Shown: positions 24,609-36,759 of the stretch, piece by piece
Position numbering within the stretch: the first letter of the stretch is position 1
How the letters are laid out: each line of letters begins with the position of its first letter
Origin: Anolis carolinensis
Lineage: Eukaryota
Direction: 5' to 3'
Assembly: GCF_035594765.1 (NCBI RefSeq)
Contig: NW_026943824.1
Span: 248,001-312,000, forward strand
Length of the DNA: 64,000 nt
Notes under the pieces: generated by a model
Database searches by the model: none
Told to the model about the DNA's origin: nothing
Seen by the model: only the letters and a program-made list of their open reading frames with translations
Position numbers and translations under genes: made by a program

Positions 24609-26259
24609 TTGCGGCAGGGGAAGGAGAAACAACCTGCAAAGACAGAACAAAAAAACAAAAACAAGTGTATTAAGGACTCCCACAGTTAACATTCAACTTT
24701 TCCTCTTGAAGTGGCGGTGCCTGGGAAAGCAGTCTGGTTCATCCATATATTTTTTCTTTCCTCCTTCTGGTTATTTTCTAAAATAACACACATGTCACTG
24801 GGTGCATCAAGGGATGTTTTTTTCCAGTTCTTTCCTACACCTCAAGACATGGATCTGCAGTGAAATGGGACGCTGTGGGAGCCAAAGTCAGCAAAGGAAT
24901 GTCAATGAAAGGAAGCGATACACAGGTGGGGACGGGGTGTTAGCTTATTTTTTTTCTTTTTGAAAAAACCTTTTAAGTATATTGTTTAATTGTATTTTAC
25001 AGAAGCAGCTCAAAATATCACTGACCATTCATTAAAGGACGAGAATTTCAAAACGTTTTCTTTCTTTGGGGCGCCAGAATTCACTTGCGGGGCAATGAGC
25101 TTCAAGAAGAGCTATTCTCACAGCTACAGCTCGAGGGTGCATCACTGCAGAGTCTGTGGTGAGACTTGGCCTCTTGAATAGTTGTGGTTCTTTCCTTAAT
25201 CATTGCGCCAGTAGAGGAATCCCCTTGTCTTTTCCAAAATGTTAACTTTTCTGGCACGTGTACTACTTGACTGTTAAAAAGTAAACAAGGCTTCTTTCAG
25301 GTAGCTTACCCCACCTTGCACTTGAATAATTGTGAAGTCAAGAGCATTGAATAATTCTGAGGTCAAGCCAAGTGAGGTAATGAGAGGAATTGACAACTTG
25401 CTGTCTTTCAGATACTGGAGTGCAACTACCATTATCCTCCACCATTGACCATGCTCCTTAAGGAATGTCAGTTCCACATAAGTAGGACTGTCAGTTATTC
25501 ATTCCTTCGGGTTGTGCTATTCAGCCTGCTGACACTACTACTCCATTGGGTCACTGTGAGTTTTTTGGGCTGTCTGACCATGCTCTAGAAGCATTCTCTC
25601 CTGATGGCAGGCATCCTCAGAGGTTGTGAGGTTTGTTGGAAACTAGGCAAGTGGGGTTTATATATCTGTGGAATAATGTCCAGGGTGGGAGAAAGAACTA
25701 TTGTCTGAGGAAAATGTGAGTGTTGCAACTGGCCAACTTGAACAGTAAGGAAGTGTGCAACCTTAATCTTCCCACCCGCAGGTAGATTCCCGGCTGGACG
25801 TGGGCGCTGAAGCCTGACCTTTGTGCCCTGTGGTGCGGGACCTTGCAATGGCATCCTCCAAGGCCAAATACGATACTAATTTTAGCCCTGGGAAATGTAG
25901 CAGAGCTTACTGTTGCATTGCTTCTGTTTGCAAGGTCAGCTGGGCTGAGGGCTGAGGTCCTGCAACTTTCTTGTAAGGAAGTGGCTTCGGAACAGAGGAC
26001 ACGGTTTTACTTTTTGCAATAATCCCTCCCTCCCTGAGGCTGGTCTTAAAGGATATGATCTCTGGAAGACCCAGTCCCCATTGTAAAACTACACAGCACT
26101 TTGAGTATTCACAAAGTATTGTTGCCTTGCTCTGTCTTCATGCGGGCTGGAACCAGAGTCTGTGCAGCTATCTGTATTTAGCACATGGGATGCATCTAAA
26201 CGTAGTGAAGTTTTTAGTAGTTGGCAAGAAAAGACAAAAGGGACACTTTAGGACTACAT

Positions 26260-26587
26260 AGAGCCCAGCAGCGCAGCGGGTTAAACCACTAAGCTACTGA
26301 CTGAAAGGTCTGTGGTTCAAATCCAGGGAGTGGGGTGAGTTAGCCCCAGCTGTTAGCCCCAGCTTCTGCCAACCTAGCAGTTTGAAAACACACATGTGAG
26401 TAGATCAATAGGTACCACTCTGATGGAAAGGTAACATTGGCGCTGCATGCAGTCATGCCAGTGGCCACATGACCTTGGAGGTGTCTACGGACAAAGCTGG
26501 CTCCTTGGCTTAGCAATGGAGATGGGCACCCACCCACCCCCAGAGTCGGACACGGCTGGACTTCTGTCAGAGGAAAACCTTTACCTT
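26260..26587 (+). mobile_element. Sauria SINE
   Basis: tRNA-like head (gcgcagcgggttaa...ggttcaaatcc), body gccagtggccacatgaccttggaggtgtctacggacaa, (ACCTTT)n tail. Confidence 0.75.
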
Positions 26588-27348
26588 AGGGCTCATAGAT
26601 ACTTATGCAAATGGCAAACCAGGCACAAGTTGTGTGACTTCTTGCATGATGGTCACCCAACACCAATTGATGGTAGCACACACAGAGAAAACATTCTTGT
26701 TAATGTTGCCCATTTTAATTAGCAAGTCAGGATTGGCTGTAAAGCTGCCTTCCATTTCACAACTAGTCTTGCAATTACAATGTATGGCTGCTCCTTTCTC
26801 TGACCTCTAGTAGAAAATCTACCGAGCAGTAAGCCAGTCATATTCTGACGCGGTTGAACATACTGTTCACAAAGGCTTGGGATGCTGATAGCTCTCCTGT
26901 TCATGATCGCTGCATAACATGTAGAAGTGCGGTGGGCACACATGCATGACGGGAGACATTTCCAGGTAGAGATGCTGGTAGGAAAGGCAACAGAGAGCCT
27001 GCACTTTACTCCCACCCAACCCTTAAATGCAATGACATTAAGAGACATGTAAAAATATCGAGCTGTTATTTACACACTCTTCCAAAGAAAGCCCAGCATG
27101 AATGAGTGGAAACGTGTTGGAAGTGCAGCTGATGTTTTAGTTTAGCGCACAGAGCTCCCTTTGGGTTTCTTGACGTTGAGAAGAACCCCTTTTCAGGAGG
27201 ACAACGGCTAATCTTCAGATCTCATGCTGGTATCCAACGGGATACAGCTCTTCAGGGAAGAGATAAATGCGAGTGTCCATGCTTCCTGCACACGCAGCCC
27301 TGCACGCCTTCGGTCTGGCCTCTTCTGCTCACGGTCCGTGGTCTGGGG

Positions 27349-27554
27349 CTAGGAAGCCTTGGCTTTTCTCTCCTTCTGGGCCCGGGAGGCCATGATGGCG
27401 AAGAAGAGCCTGGGGCACAGCGTTCGGAGGTAGACCACCAAAGAAGGCAGAAAACCCGCCACCACCACCTCCTTCCTCTTCTCTCCCACCGCATCGAGCA
27501 CCACCTGCGCCACCTCTGCTGCCGCCTTGCCTCTGGCCGTGGCCTTGTCCATCA
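27349..27554 (-). CDS. DHRS7B: DHRS7B exon 7 of 7
   Basis: [34 protein letters not shown]...[11 protein letters not shown]; acceptor tttcag; 206 nt. Confidence 0.92.
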
Positions 27555-28006
27555 CTGAAAGAAGGAGAAACAAGGGAGCGTCTTGAACCACAGGCACGTA
27601 CGGGGACCAGAAAATGCGCCTTGCCCAGAATGGTTTACCCAGCTGGGGGATTTTAAGAGCTGCTGTCCCAAAAGGTAAATCCATGAGGCACCTCTGTCAA
27701 ATAGATGTGTGATTTATAGTTCTCTCATTCCAATCATGCCCTCCCTAAATATGCTGATTGTCTCAGAGGCAAGCCAGGAAAAAATAACCTATACACTGCA
27801 GAGTCCTTATCAGTTGTCAGCAGAGTTTTACTGCATTGCCTAAACTTGAGCATGCAAACAGATTAGAAAATTAAAACCCCAATCCTGAGCCTCTAGGCTG
27901 CCGTCTGCGAAGATAAGATGTTCACATCAGATTTGATTGCCTGGGTTAAGAGCTAGTCAGGCATACACAGTTCAGAAATATATTGCAAAGGCAGCACACT
28001 GCTCAC

Positions 28007-28159
28007 CTCCATACTGAGATCCATCTGCGGTGATGGCATTCAGCGACAGGTTGGTCTGGATGTAGCCGGGGCTCACCACGGTCACCACCACACCGTACTG
28101 CTCCACTTCTGCTCTTAAGCAGTCGAAAAAGGCCTGGAAGGCATGCTTGGAGGCTGCAT
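28007..28159 (-). CDS. DHRS7B: DHRS7B exon 6 (catalytic YxxxK)
   Basis: [39 protein letters not shown]...; 153 nt; GT-AG. Confidence 0.95.
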
Positions 28160-28496
28160 CTGGAAGACCAAAGAGGGAGAGGCTCGGTTGCTGAACTACT
28201 TGGAACTCAATCATTTCTGCAAGTTTGTAGTCCTCGTCAAGGACTTAGTTGGCAGTGAAAATATTATTTTTTTCTCTCCACTTATTGCTGGCATGGCCAC
28301 AAACCCCTGTTCTGCTCAGAATTATGGAATCCTGGAATGTCTATACTGTACTTTCAGGTCCCAATCCTGATCTCTTACCTCTGGGACAATACTGAGTTGG
28401 TGGCACTTTTCCTGAATGCTGAAACTTCCAAAGCCCATAATAGGAGGAAAGTGTCATTCCTGAATTCGTTGTGGTGCTTGCAAAGAAAGTACTTAC

Positions 28497-28589
28497 ATGC
28501 GGACCGGAATGGAAGCCCGAATTTCCCTTGAACGCTGCTGATGGCGACAACGTGGCCTTTCCTCCTCCTGATCATGGAAGGCAGAAGAG
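28497..28589 (-). CDS. DHRS7B: DHRS7B exon 5
   Basis: [30 protein letters not shown]; 93 nt; GT-AG. Confidence 0.93.
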
Positions 28590-28737
28590 CTAGAGAGAGG
28601 ATGAGAACGGTGCCATGAGAAGCGGCCCTTGGTTGCATCCAAGGAGATGCACGTTGGACGCCCGGCCACTGTGGGAATTGAATTCCCAAACACCTGGAGC
28701 AGGGCCAAAGCTGGCCCATGCCTGCACTAAACCTTAC

Positions 28738-28948
28738 CTTTGGTCAAGGCAATGGGGCCAAAGTAGTTGGTCTCCATCACTTTCCTGTCGACCTCTATCA
28801 CCGTCTCCGCGATGGAGCCTCGGTAACTGATCCCAGCGTTGTTGATCAAGATGTCCACGTGATCCACACACTTCAGGATCTCCTCCGCGGCACTCACTAC
28901 CGCCTTGATGTCCGAGAGGTCAAAGACCACCGTGTGATGCTGATGAGG
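28738..28948 (-). CDS. DHRS7B: DHRS7B exon 4
   Basis: [13 protein letters not shown]...[14 protein letters not shown]...[13 protein letters not shown]; SDR NNAG motif; 211 nt. Confidence 0.92.
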
Positions 28949-29225
28949 CTGGTAAAGGGAGAGGGATGGGAGTCAATCACACCGGAAGCTGCACTGCCGC
29001 AGAATTGGCCTGGAAGCATTACGCTGTGTCTGTTTTTGTTCCCTGTTATGTATTTTATTGGGCAGTTCGGAGGCGCGAACAAGGCAAGGATGGAAATTTG
29101 CCATTCCATGTGTTCCTAATAACCAGATCATACCAATCTTCAAATTGCAAAACGGACCTCCGAAGCTGCACAGTCCTAATAAATAGTGTTTGCAGTTAAA
29201 CTGCCCGAGGATGAAGTTGACTTAC

Positions 29226-29341
29226 GTTCTTTGTGGGGTCGGCGGTGGCAGAGAGTTCCCGGAGAAGGTCCCGAAGCCTCTCCCCATTCCGGCCACACAG
29301 TACCAGTTTCGAGCCAGCGGCATGGAAAGTTTTGGCACACT
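29226..29341 (-). CDS. DHRS7B: DHRS7B exon 3
   Basis: [39 protein letters not shown]; 116 nt; GT-AG. Confidence 0.93.
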
Positions 29342-29454
29342 CTGAGCAAGAAGGAAAGAGCCAGGGAAGAAACAGACACAATCATAATGTAGGAAGAAAA
29401 AACACGTGACTTGCTCCTCCTGTGCTGTGACAAACGTCTCTGAGGCAGATGTAC

Positions 29455-29630
29455 CTTTCCCGAGTCCGGACGTTGCTCCCGTGATCACCACCACCGCGTC
29501 CTTGAGGTAGGCCTTCGCCCGCATTCGCCGCAGCAGCCAGAAGACGCCATAGAGGCCCAGGCTGCCAAACAGCAGCGGAAGAACGGCCGCGGAGGGGAGA
29601 CCCATGAGCCGGGCTTTGTGGCTGCTCCTC
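29455..29630 (-). CDS. DHRS7B: DHRS7B exon 2 (signal-anchor + TGxxxGxG)
   Basis: RSSHKARLMGLPSAAVLPLLFGSLGLYGVFWLLRRMRAKAYLKDAVVVITGATSGLGK; 176 nt. Confidence 0.92.
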
Positions 29631-32036
29631 CTGGATGTGTGAGAAGGAAGCAAAGCAGGAGAACGTCACACCCGGCATTTGCAAACTTCCAACCCTTGCA
29701 CTGTTTCTGCGTGTTGTTTTCCAGCTTAGCAGCATTTCCCGTTTCTGTTTTTGCCTTGGACAAGAGTCCAAGGAAGCGACTTGGGTAAGACAACTTGCCA
29801 CCAACTCTCACTGAGCACTTGGACAATGCTGCCTTGCGCCACCTCTCAAATGGATCCACCAGAGAGCCCAGAACATGGCCATACAGCCCGGAAAACACAC
29901 AGCAACCCAGTGGTTCTGGCCATGAACGCCTTCGACAACCAATATCCTAATGCAAAGACATGCATCAAAACCAGGCTTTGAAGCGGCTGAGGGGGAAAAG
30001 GAAGGGGCCTGAGGCTGTTAGGAATGGTGGGAGTTGGAGTACAAAACACCTGGAAGGAAAGTCCAAGTTTGCCCAAGGCTGCTTTAGGGAGAGAAAAAAC
30101 ATGGAAGGGGAAAATATGAAATCCTGCACCTGCGGTACATGGAGTAAATTTGCACACATTGGGTACGTTGCACAGTTTATCCTCTCGGGATAAAAACTAA
30201 CATCTTTTGCAAGCTTTATCACTTTGGGGTTAGATTTTAGGTGGGAGTAAAATGTTATCCAACGGAACGCCTCTGCAGTTCTTTCCTGGCTTTGGAAATG
30301 TCAGAAAATGTTACTCATGCACCTCAGGGTCCAGAGGCCTGTGGTTTTTCAGAGGGAGGGGAGCGAGAACATTGTGGCTTTCCAGGTGCCGAATCCGGCT
30401 CCGCCTAACGTTAACACCTGTGCTCCGTAATCACAGCCCAAGGCGAGATGACTAGGAACACGAGAGGCTGTTGCAACACGTTCTGGCCTTCCCTTCTGCA
30501 GGAACATCCGTTTCCTATGGAGACAGTCCCAGGTCCAAAAAAAGGAGTGCGAATATTACGTGGTGAAAAAGTAATCCGTCTATATGACTTCACTTGACTG
30601 GAAGCCAAGTAAGGCCCTGTAGCTTCAAGGGGTCAAGGGTGATCAGGTGAGATAAGGGGGACACTAGGCAAGGAATGGTCAGGGAGAGTTTGGAGGAGGA
30701 ACCGATAGTAGAAGGCTCAGCAGTAGAACCAGGGCCTAGCAATGAACAGCAACTCCTTCAGCCAGGTCTTGAGAGAACATCTGGAGAAGGAGCAACAACT
30801 CACCCTGCTGCTTAAGGGGGAAAAGAAGGGGCCTGAGGCCAGGAATTGTGGGAGTCGAAGTCCAAACTCCTGGAGGGACGATGTTTGCCCATGCCTGGAG
30901 TATACTCTGCCTGTAGTTGGGGGCAGTGGCCCTGGCAGGAATACTAAAACACCATTTTGATTACCTGAAAATAGGGGTGCAGCTTTATGCAAGAAAATAC
31001 AGCATTTATCTTTGCAAATACCTCCCAGCCCTGTTCTGGGGGCTACAGGTTGCTCTGTTCAAAACAACCCTGAAATATAGCAGGTCTCAGACACATCAAC
31101 CACACTTCAAGAAACAGCACACCAACCCAAATGCAACAGGCATTTGTAAACAACCAAGGCAGAGCGCACACAGCAAGTGGGGAGCCAACATTTGGAGCCA
31201 AAGAAAACTTGCTTCTTCTGCCAGCTATCTGTTAAAACCTACTCTGGAGCTCTTTCTCTTTTCGGTTCTCTAAGCAGCATTTGCATGGAATATATGGCAC
31301 AGCAAGTGCCCTCTTCACCTGGCAATGTTGCTGGACTACATCTCCCATCATTGCCTATCACTGGCTAGGCAGGCCAGGGCTAATGGGAAACCCAGATAAT
31401 AATTGAGTTCTTTGCAGAATCCTGTATTCAGGGAATGCATACCTATGCAGCACCAGGTAAATTCGCTAGTCACAACTATGAGACAAACTCCAGTTAAAGC
31501 AGAAGGCAGCTACATGCACAGAAAGGGAAGGGGGAGTGATAGACCACCTTTTCAATGGCTGGGCCCAAGTGATACAAGCCTCGGGGTCCGCACTCAGAGA
31601 AAATGCCTTACCACAGACTTCAGGAGAAAGGTTTGCCTCGGCTAACCATGGTGCCAGGTCAAGGAGCTCCATCTCATTGCTTTTAGAGGCTCAGTTCTTC
31701 TACAGGGAAAAGGTTCAATCAGCAGCATGTTAGGAGGAAATACCGGCACTGCCATTCATGCAACAAAGCCATTTCTACTCCACACTGCATCACCCCGGTG
31801 ATTGCCAATGTGTATTGTCAAGTGAACCATGCTCAGTTTTCCGTATTATAGCTTTAGGAGAGGAAAGAAAACAAGCTGCTTACGAAGGTGCGAGAAAGTT
31901 AGGATTTGATTGGTTTTGTTATCATCAATTATAGGATATATTTAGGAAAGACCATAAAATTGGGTTTGATGAAAAGATATCGGGAGTTGGAAAATATCTT
32001 GTAAGTCAGAGCACGGTCCAGAATAACTCCCAGGTA

Positions 32037-33205
32037 CAGTAGAGTCTCGCTTATTCAACATAAGCGGGCCGGTTGAATGTTGGATAAGCAAATATGTTGG
32101 ATAATAAGGAGGGATTAAGGAAAAGCAGTTCAATACACAGTACAGTAGAGTCTCACTTACCCAACACTCGCTTATCCAACGTTCTGGATTATCCAACGCA
32201 TTTTTGTAGTCAATGTTTTCAATATATCATGATATTTTGGTGCTAAATTCGTAAATACAGTCATTACTACATAGCATTACTGTGTATTGAACTACTTTTT
32301 TGTCAAATTTGTTGTATAACATGGTGTTCTGGTGCTTAATTTGTAAAATCATAACCTAATTTGATGTTTAATAGGCTTTTCCTTAATCTCTCCTTATTAT
32401 CCAACATATTTGCTTATCCAACGTTCTGTCGGCCCGTTTACGTTGGATAAGTGAGACTCTACTGTAATTACTATGTAGTGATTACTGTATTTACGAATTT
32501 AGCATCAAAACTTCGCAATGTATTGAAAAATTGACTACAAAAACATTGACTACTAAAAGGCAACTTGTGTTAGATAATACAGAACATTGGATAAGCGGAT
32601 GTTGGATAATTTATTATTTTATTATTTATTACATCATTTCTACCCCGCCCTTCTCACCCATCAGGGGACTCAGGGCGGCTTACAATATACATCAGAAACA
32701 CAGTTTACATCAGATTAAAAGTCATCCAAGATTAAAAATTACAATAAAAATTAAAATATAAATTAAAAACCAGCATAATTATACATCTAAATATACATTT
32801 CAGGCGCATTTTTCATGTCCAGGTGGGGGTCTGCCAATGAGTCATATATTCATATTGCAATTCTGCTGTTACTCATGCTCAAATGCCTGCTCCCATAACC
32901 ACGTTTTTGTTCTTTTTCGGAAGGACAGGAGGGAGGGAGCTTCCCTAATTTCGTTTGGGAGGGCGTTCCATAGGCGGGGGGCCGCCACTGAAAAGGCCCT
33001 GTCCCTCATCCCCGCCAGCCGCACCTGTGAGGCTGGCGGGACCGAGAACAGGGCCTCCCAGGAGGATCTCAAATTCCGTGATGGGACATAGCGGGAGACA
33101 CGTTCGGACAGGTAAGCTGGGCCGGAACCGTTTAGCGCTTTATAGGCTAAAGCCAGCACTTTGAATTGTGCTCGGTAATTGTGCTGGATAAGCGAGACTC
33201 TACTG
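32037..33205. mobile_element. pogo/Tigger-like MITE containing an inverted copy of the same family (32143-32464) and an L2 fragment
   Basis: Outer TIRs cagtagagtctcgcttat (32037) / ataagcgagactctactg (33205); inner TIR pair with TA flanks. Confidence 0.75.
32611..33176 (-). mobile_element. L2 LINE 3' fragment
   Basis: YKALNGSGPAYLSER...RAFSVAAPRLWNALP...SFRKRTKTWLWEQAF (L2 ORF2 C-terminus) plus 3'UTR tail. Confidence 0.88.
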
Positions 33206-33209
33206 TATT

Positions 33210-33413
33210 TTGGTGTGCTGCCATACTCCAGTGGGATTCCTTCCCAGGTCAGACTCAGAGCTCAAACAGAAGAGCGGCCTGCCTCCGGGGAGTGTGCTTG
33301 CTCCATCAATGTTCAACATTTACACAAACGGCCAGCCACTGCCAGAAGGGACAGGGAGTTTCATCTATGCTGATGATCATGCCATCACCGCTCAAGCAGG
33401 GAGCTTTGAATGG
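33210..33413 (+). mobile_element. Vingi/Ingi-like LINE RT fragment
   Basis: KQKSGLPPGSVLAPSMFNIYTN...FIYADDHAITAQAGSFE. Confidence 0.7.
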
Positions 33414-33639
33414 GTTTTTCATTATCTGTTGCAGAATCAAAGATTTATGCAGACGAATCTGTGGATCCCTGGGGACAACTATAACGTGTTGACATTGCGG
33501 TCGGTGCTCTTTAGTTTTCACCCAAATGTTACTGGACAACATCTCCCATCACTTTTGGTTATCTGCCATGCGGAACTGGGGATAATGGGAATTGCACTCC
33601 AACAGAATTTATGGCTCTGATTTGATTTTCAGCTTAAGC

Positions 33640-33838
33640 CAGGCCTGGGCAAGCTTGGGCCCTCGTCCCGGGTGTTTTGGACTCCAACTCCCAGCATTCC
33701 TCACAGCCTCAGGCCCTTTCCTTTTCCCCCTCAGCCGCTTAAGCGGCTGAGGGGGAAAAGGAAGGGGCCTGAGGCTGTGAGGAATGCTGGGAGTTGGAGT
33801 CCAAAACACCTGGGACGAGAGCCCAAGTAGGCCCAGGT
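33640..33838. mobile_element. Palindromic hAT-like MITE
   Basis: Starts caggcctgggcaagctt; spacerless inverted repeat centred on ccgctt|aagcgg; relatives at ~21181, 29977-30082, 30808-30898, 57042-57183. Confidence 0.7.
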
Positions 33839-34432
33839 GTCAAAGAGATGACTTCATGAGTCCATGGTCGGGCCTGAGGCTGTGAGGAATGCTGGGAGTT
33901 GGAGTCCAAAACAGCTGGGACGAGAGCCCAAGTAGGCCCAGGTGTCAAAGGGATGACTTCATGAGTCCATGGTCGGGCCTGAGGCTGTGAGGAATGCTGG
34001 GAGTTGGAGTCCAAAACACCTGGGTCGAGAGCCCAAGTAGGCCCAGGTGTCAAAGGGATGACTTCATGAGTCCATGGTCGGGCCTGAGGCTGTGAGGAAT
34101 GCTGGGAGTTGGAGTCCAAAACACCTGAAGGGAAGGCCCAAGTAGGCCCAGGTGTCAAAGGGATGACTTCATGAGTCCATGGTCGGGCCTGAGGCTGTGA
34201 GGAATGCTGGGAGTTGGAGTCCAAAACACCTGAAGGGAAGGCCCAAGTAGGCCCAGGTGTCAAAGGGATGACTTCATGAGTCCATGGTCGGGCCTGAGGC
34301 TGTGAGGAATGCTGGGAGTTGGAGTCCAAAACACCTGAAGGGAAGGCCCAAGTAGGCCCAGGTGTCAAAGGGATGACTTCATGAGGCCTTGGTCGGGCCT
34401 GAGGCTGCGAGGAATGCTGGGAGTTGGAGTCC
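33766..34432. repeat. 105-bp tandem repeat, ~6.3 copies, in DHRS7B intron 1
   Basis: ggcctgaggctg recurs at 33766, 33871, 33976, 34081, 34186, 34291, 34396. Confidence 0.95.
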
Positions 34433-34544
34433 ACCCATTGCAGATCTACCCCAACCCCCTGCTGCCCCCCACCCGCCCAACTCTAGGTCCCATCCTCCCC
34501 CACGCGATCCCTTCCCCTAAAAGCCTCCCACTTCCACTCATTAC

Positions 34545-34564
34545 CTGGCAATCACAGTCACCAT
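34545..34564 (-). CDS. DHRS7B: DHRS7B (dehydrogenase/reductase SDR family member 7B) exon 1 of 7; total 324 aa
   Basis: ggcATG GTG ACT GTG ATT GCC AG|gtaatg (MVTVIAR); phase 2 matches the exon 2 acceptor; exons sum to 975 nt. Confidence 0.8.
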
Positions 34565-34790
34565 GCCAAACCCGGAAGCGCCTCGGCTCGCTCGCCTCCC
34601 GCCTCCTCCAATGAAAACGCGGCGATCCAGCATGGAGGCGGGGCTCGCAGGGCACTGGCCAATAGGAGGCGGAGAACGCCTTGGCATGACAGCATCCGAC
34701 CAAAGGGTGTGTTTGGAAGGTGGTGTGCTGCGCTATTTAGACTCCGTCGGGAAACACGGCTCGTCAGTTTTAGTTCCGGCTCAGTAGCCC
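34565..34790 (-). promoter_or_regulatory. DHRS7B promoter / 5'UTR
   Basis: CpG-rich; ETS CCGGAAG 34572-34578; CCAAT 34608-34612 and 34659-34663; GC box. Confidence 0.6.
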
Positions 34791-35004
34791 TTCTGCAAAC
34801 TGCAAATCCCAGAGTGGAACGATGGCAGTTACGATGGCGCTATAATTCTGTAATCTGGATGGACTCACAATGAAGGATAAGTTTTTAAAACCAACTGGTT
34901 TATTGAAAGACTGGAGGCCTTGGTACACTCCTGTAATAGCCACTGAAGAAATATAAACTGATAATATAAGATACATACAGACTGAATTAACTAATAATTA
35001 TCGG

Positions 35005-35062
<58 letters not shown>

Positions 35063-35924
35063 CTGGGCCAAAGTGAATAAGGGGGGGGGGGCAGGAAGAC
35101 ACCATTCCACCATGTCTCCTGTTTCAAAATAACAATATAATAATATATAATACTAACATTATGCTATACTAATAGTATAATATATTGTATATACATATAA
35201 TATTGATAATAATATTATAATGTAATACAATATAGTAATATTAATAAACTGTTATAACTACATCATATATTACATGTAATATAATATTGCAGTAACAGTG
35301 GTATAGTACAATATAGTAATATATAATGCTTATATTCTGCTATGCGGATAATATAATATATTGTATGTACATATATTGATAATATAATCAAATACAATAT
35401 AATACTAATTATAATACAATATAATAATAATTCTATATTATGTATTACATATAATATTACTTCTAATATTGCAGTAATAGTGGTATAGTACACTGTAGTA
35501 GTATATAATGCTTATATTGTGCTATGCTAATAATTTATTTATTTATTTATTTATTTCCAACATTTATATCCCGCCCTTCTCACCCGAAGGGACTCAGGGC
35601 GGCGTACAAAATTGGCAACAATTCGATGCCTATACATAATTAAAACAGCTATAAAAAACCAATAAAACAATTAAAACAATATAAAAAATATAAAAACTTA
35701 TGATTAAAATCCATTCCTCCAAAATCCTCGTGCTGTAGCCGTAAATCATATATATATTGTATGTACATACAATATATATTGTATGTACATACAACTTGTA
35801 AGCTGCGCTGAGTCCCCTTCAGGGTGAGAAGGGCAGGATATAAATTTAATAATAATAATAATAATAACAACAACAACAATAAATCTTTATTTATATTCTG
35901 CTTTTCTCCCTCACAGGACCCATA

Positions 35925-36380
35925 GTGGGCTGCTGTGAATTTTCCGGGTTGTCTGGCCATGATCCAGAAGCATTCTCTCCTGACCTTTCACCCACATCTC
36001 TGGCAGGCATCCTCAGAGGTTGTGAGGTCCGCTAGAAATAGGCAAGTGGGGTTTATATATCTCTGGAATAATGTCCAGGGTGGGAGAGAAAACTGTTGTC
36101 TGCTGGAGTAAAGTGTGAATGTTACAACTGGCAAGCTTGATTAGCATTGAATAACCTTGCAGCTTCAAAGCCTGGTGCTTCCTGCCAGTGTTAGCTGGCC
36201 TTGATTGTTTCCTGTTTGGAATTCCTGTTTTCTTAGTGTTGCTTTTTATTTACTGCCCTGATTTTAGAATTCGTTTAATGCTGGTAACCAGATTGTGTTC
36301 ATTTTGATGGTTTCCTCCTTTCTGTTGAAATTGTCCACGTGCTTCTTGTGGATTTCAATGGCTTCTCTGAGTAGTCCTTT
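35925..36380 (-). mobile_element. Penelope-like element 3' fragment (ORF end + pLTR)
   Basis: Minus strand LLREAIEIHKKHVDNFNRKEETIKMNTIWLPALN (GIY-YIG region end) followed by pLTR with a hammerhead-like core. Confidence 0.75.
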
Positions 36381-36759
36381 TCTTCTTCTTTATGCAAAAA
36401 GAAAAAGATCTGCCAAGGGTTTCCAGCTATTCAGAAACCTGTCCTAATCCCGTCGTAGTCGTGCATTGCCGAACGGACACCAGCATCCCTGCATCTGCCA
36501 GCCCTGCAAAGTTCAAACCCAGCCTTGAGCCCCAGGCGTTTTCCCCAGCTGGATGCTCCATATGGCCGCTTGCTCACCGAGCACCGACTTTGAGTTTAAA
36601 TCACATTTATAACACTACTTAACACATTGGTTGTTCCTGGGTTATAAATGTCATTTCCTAATTGTTTCAATCATAAAAATATTGAAATAGTTGATTAAAC
36701 TGCCAAAACTTGGGACAACCTGCAACACATTTTGCTCTGGTTTTTCAGTGAATATGTAA

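Noticed and set aside
24018-24692. 224-aa minus-strand ORF
   Set aside because: Antisense shadow of GC3-rich TMEM11 exon 2
33739-34434. 231-aa ORF with 35-aa repeats
   Set aside because: Product of the 105-bp tandem repeat in DHRS7B intron 1
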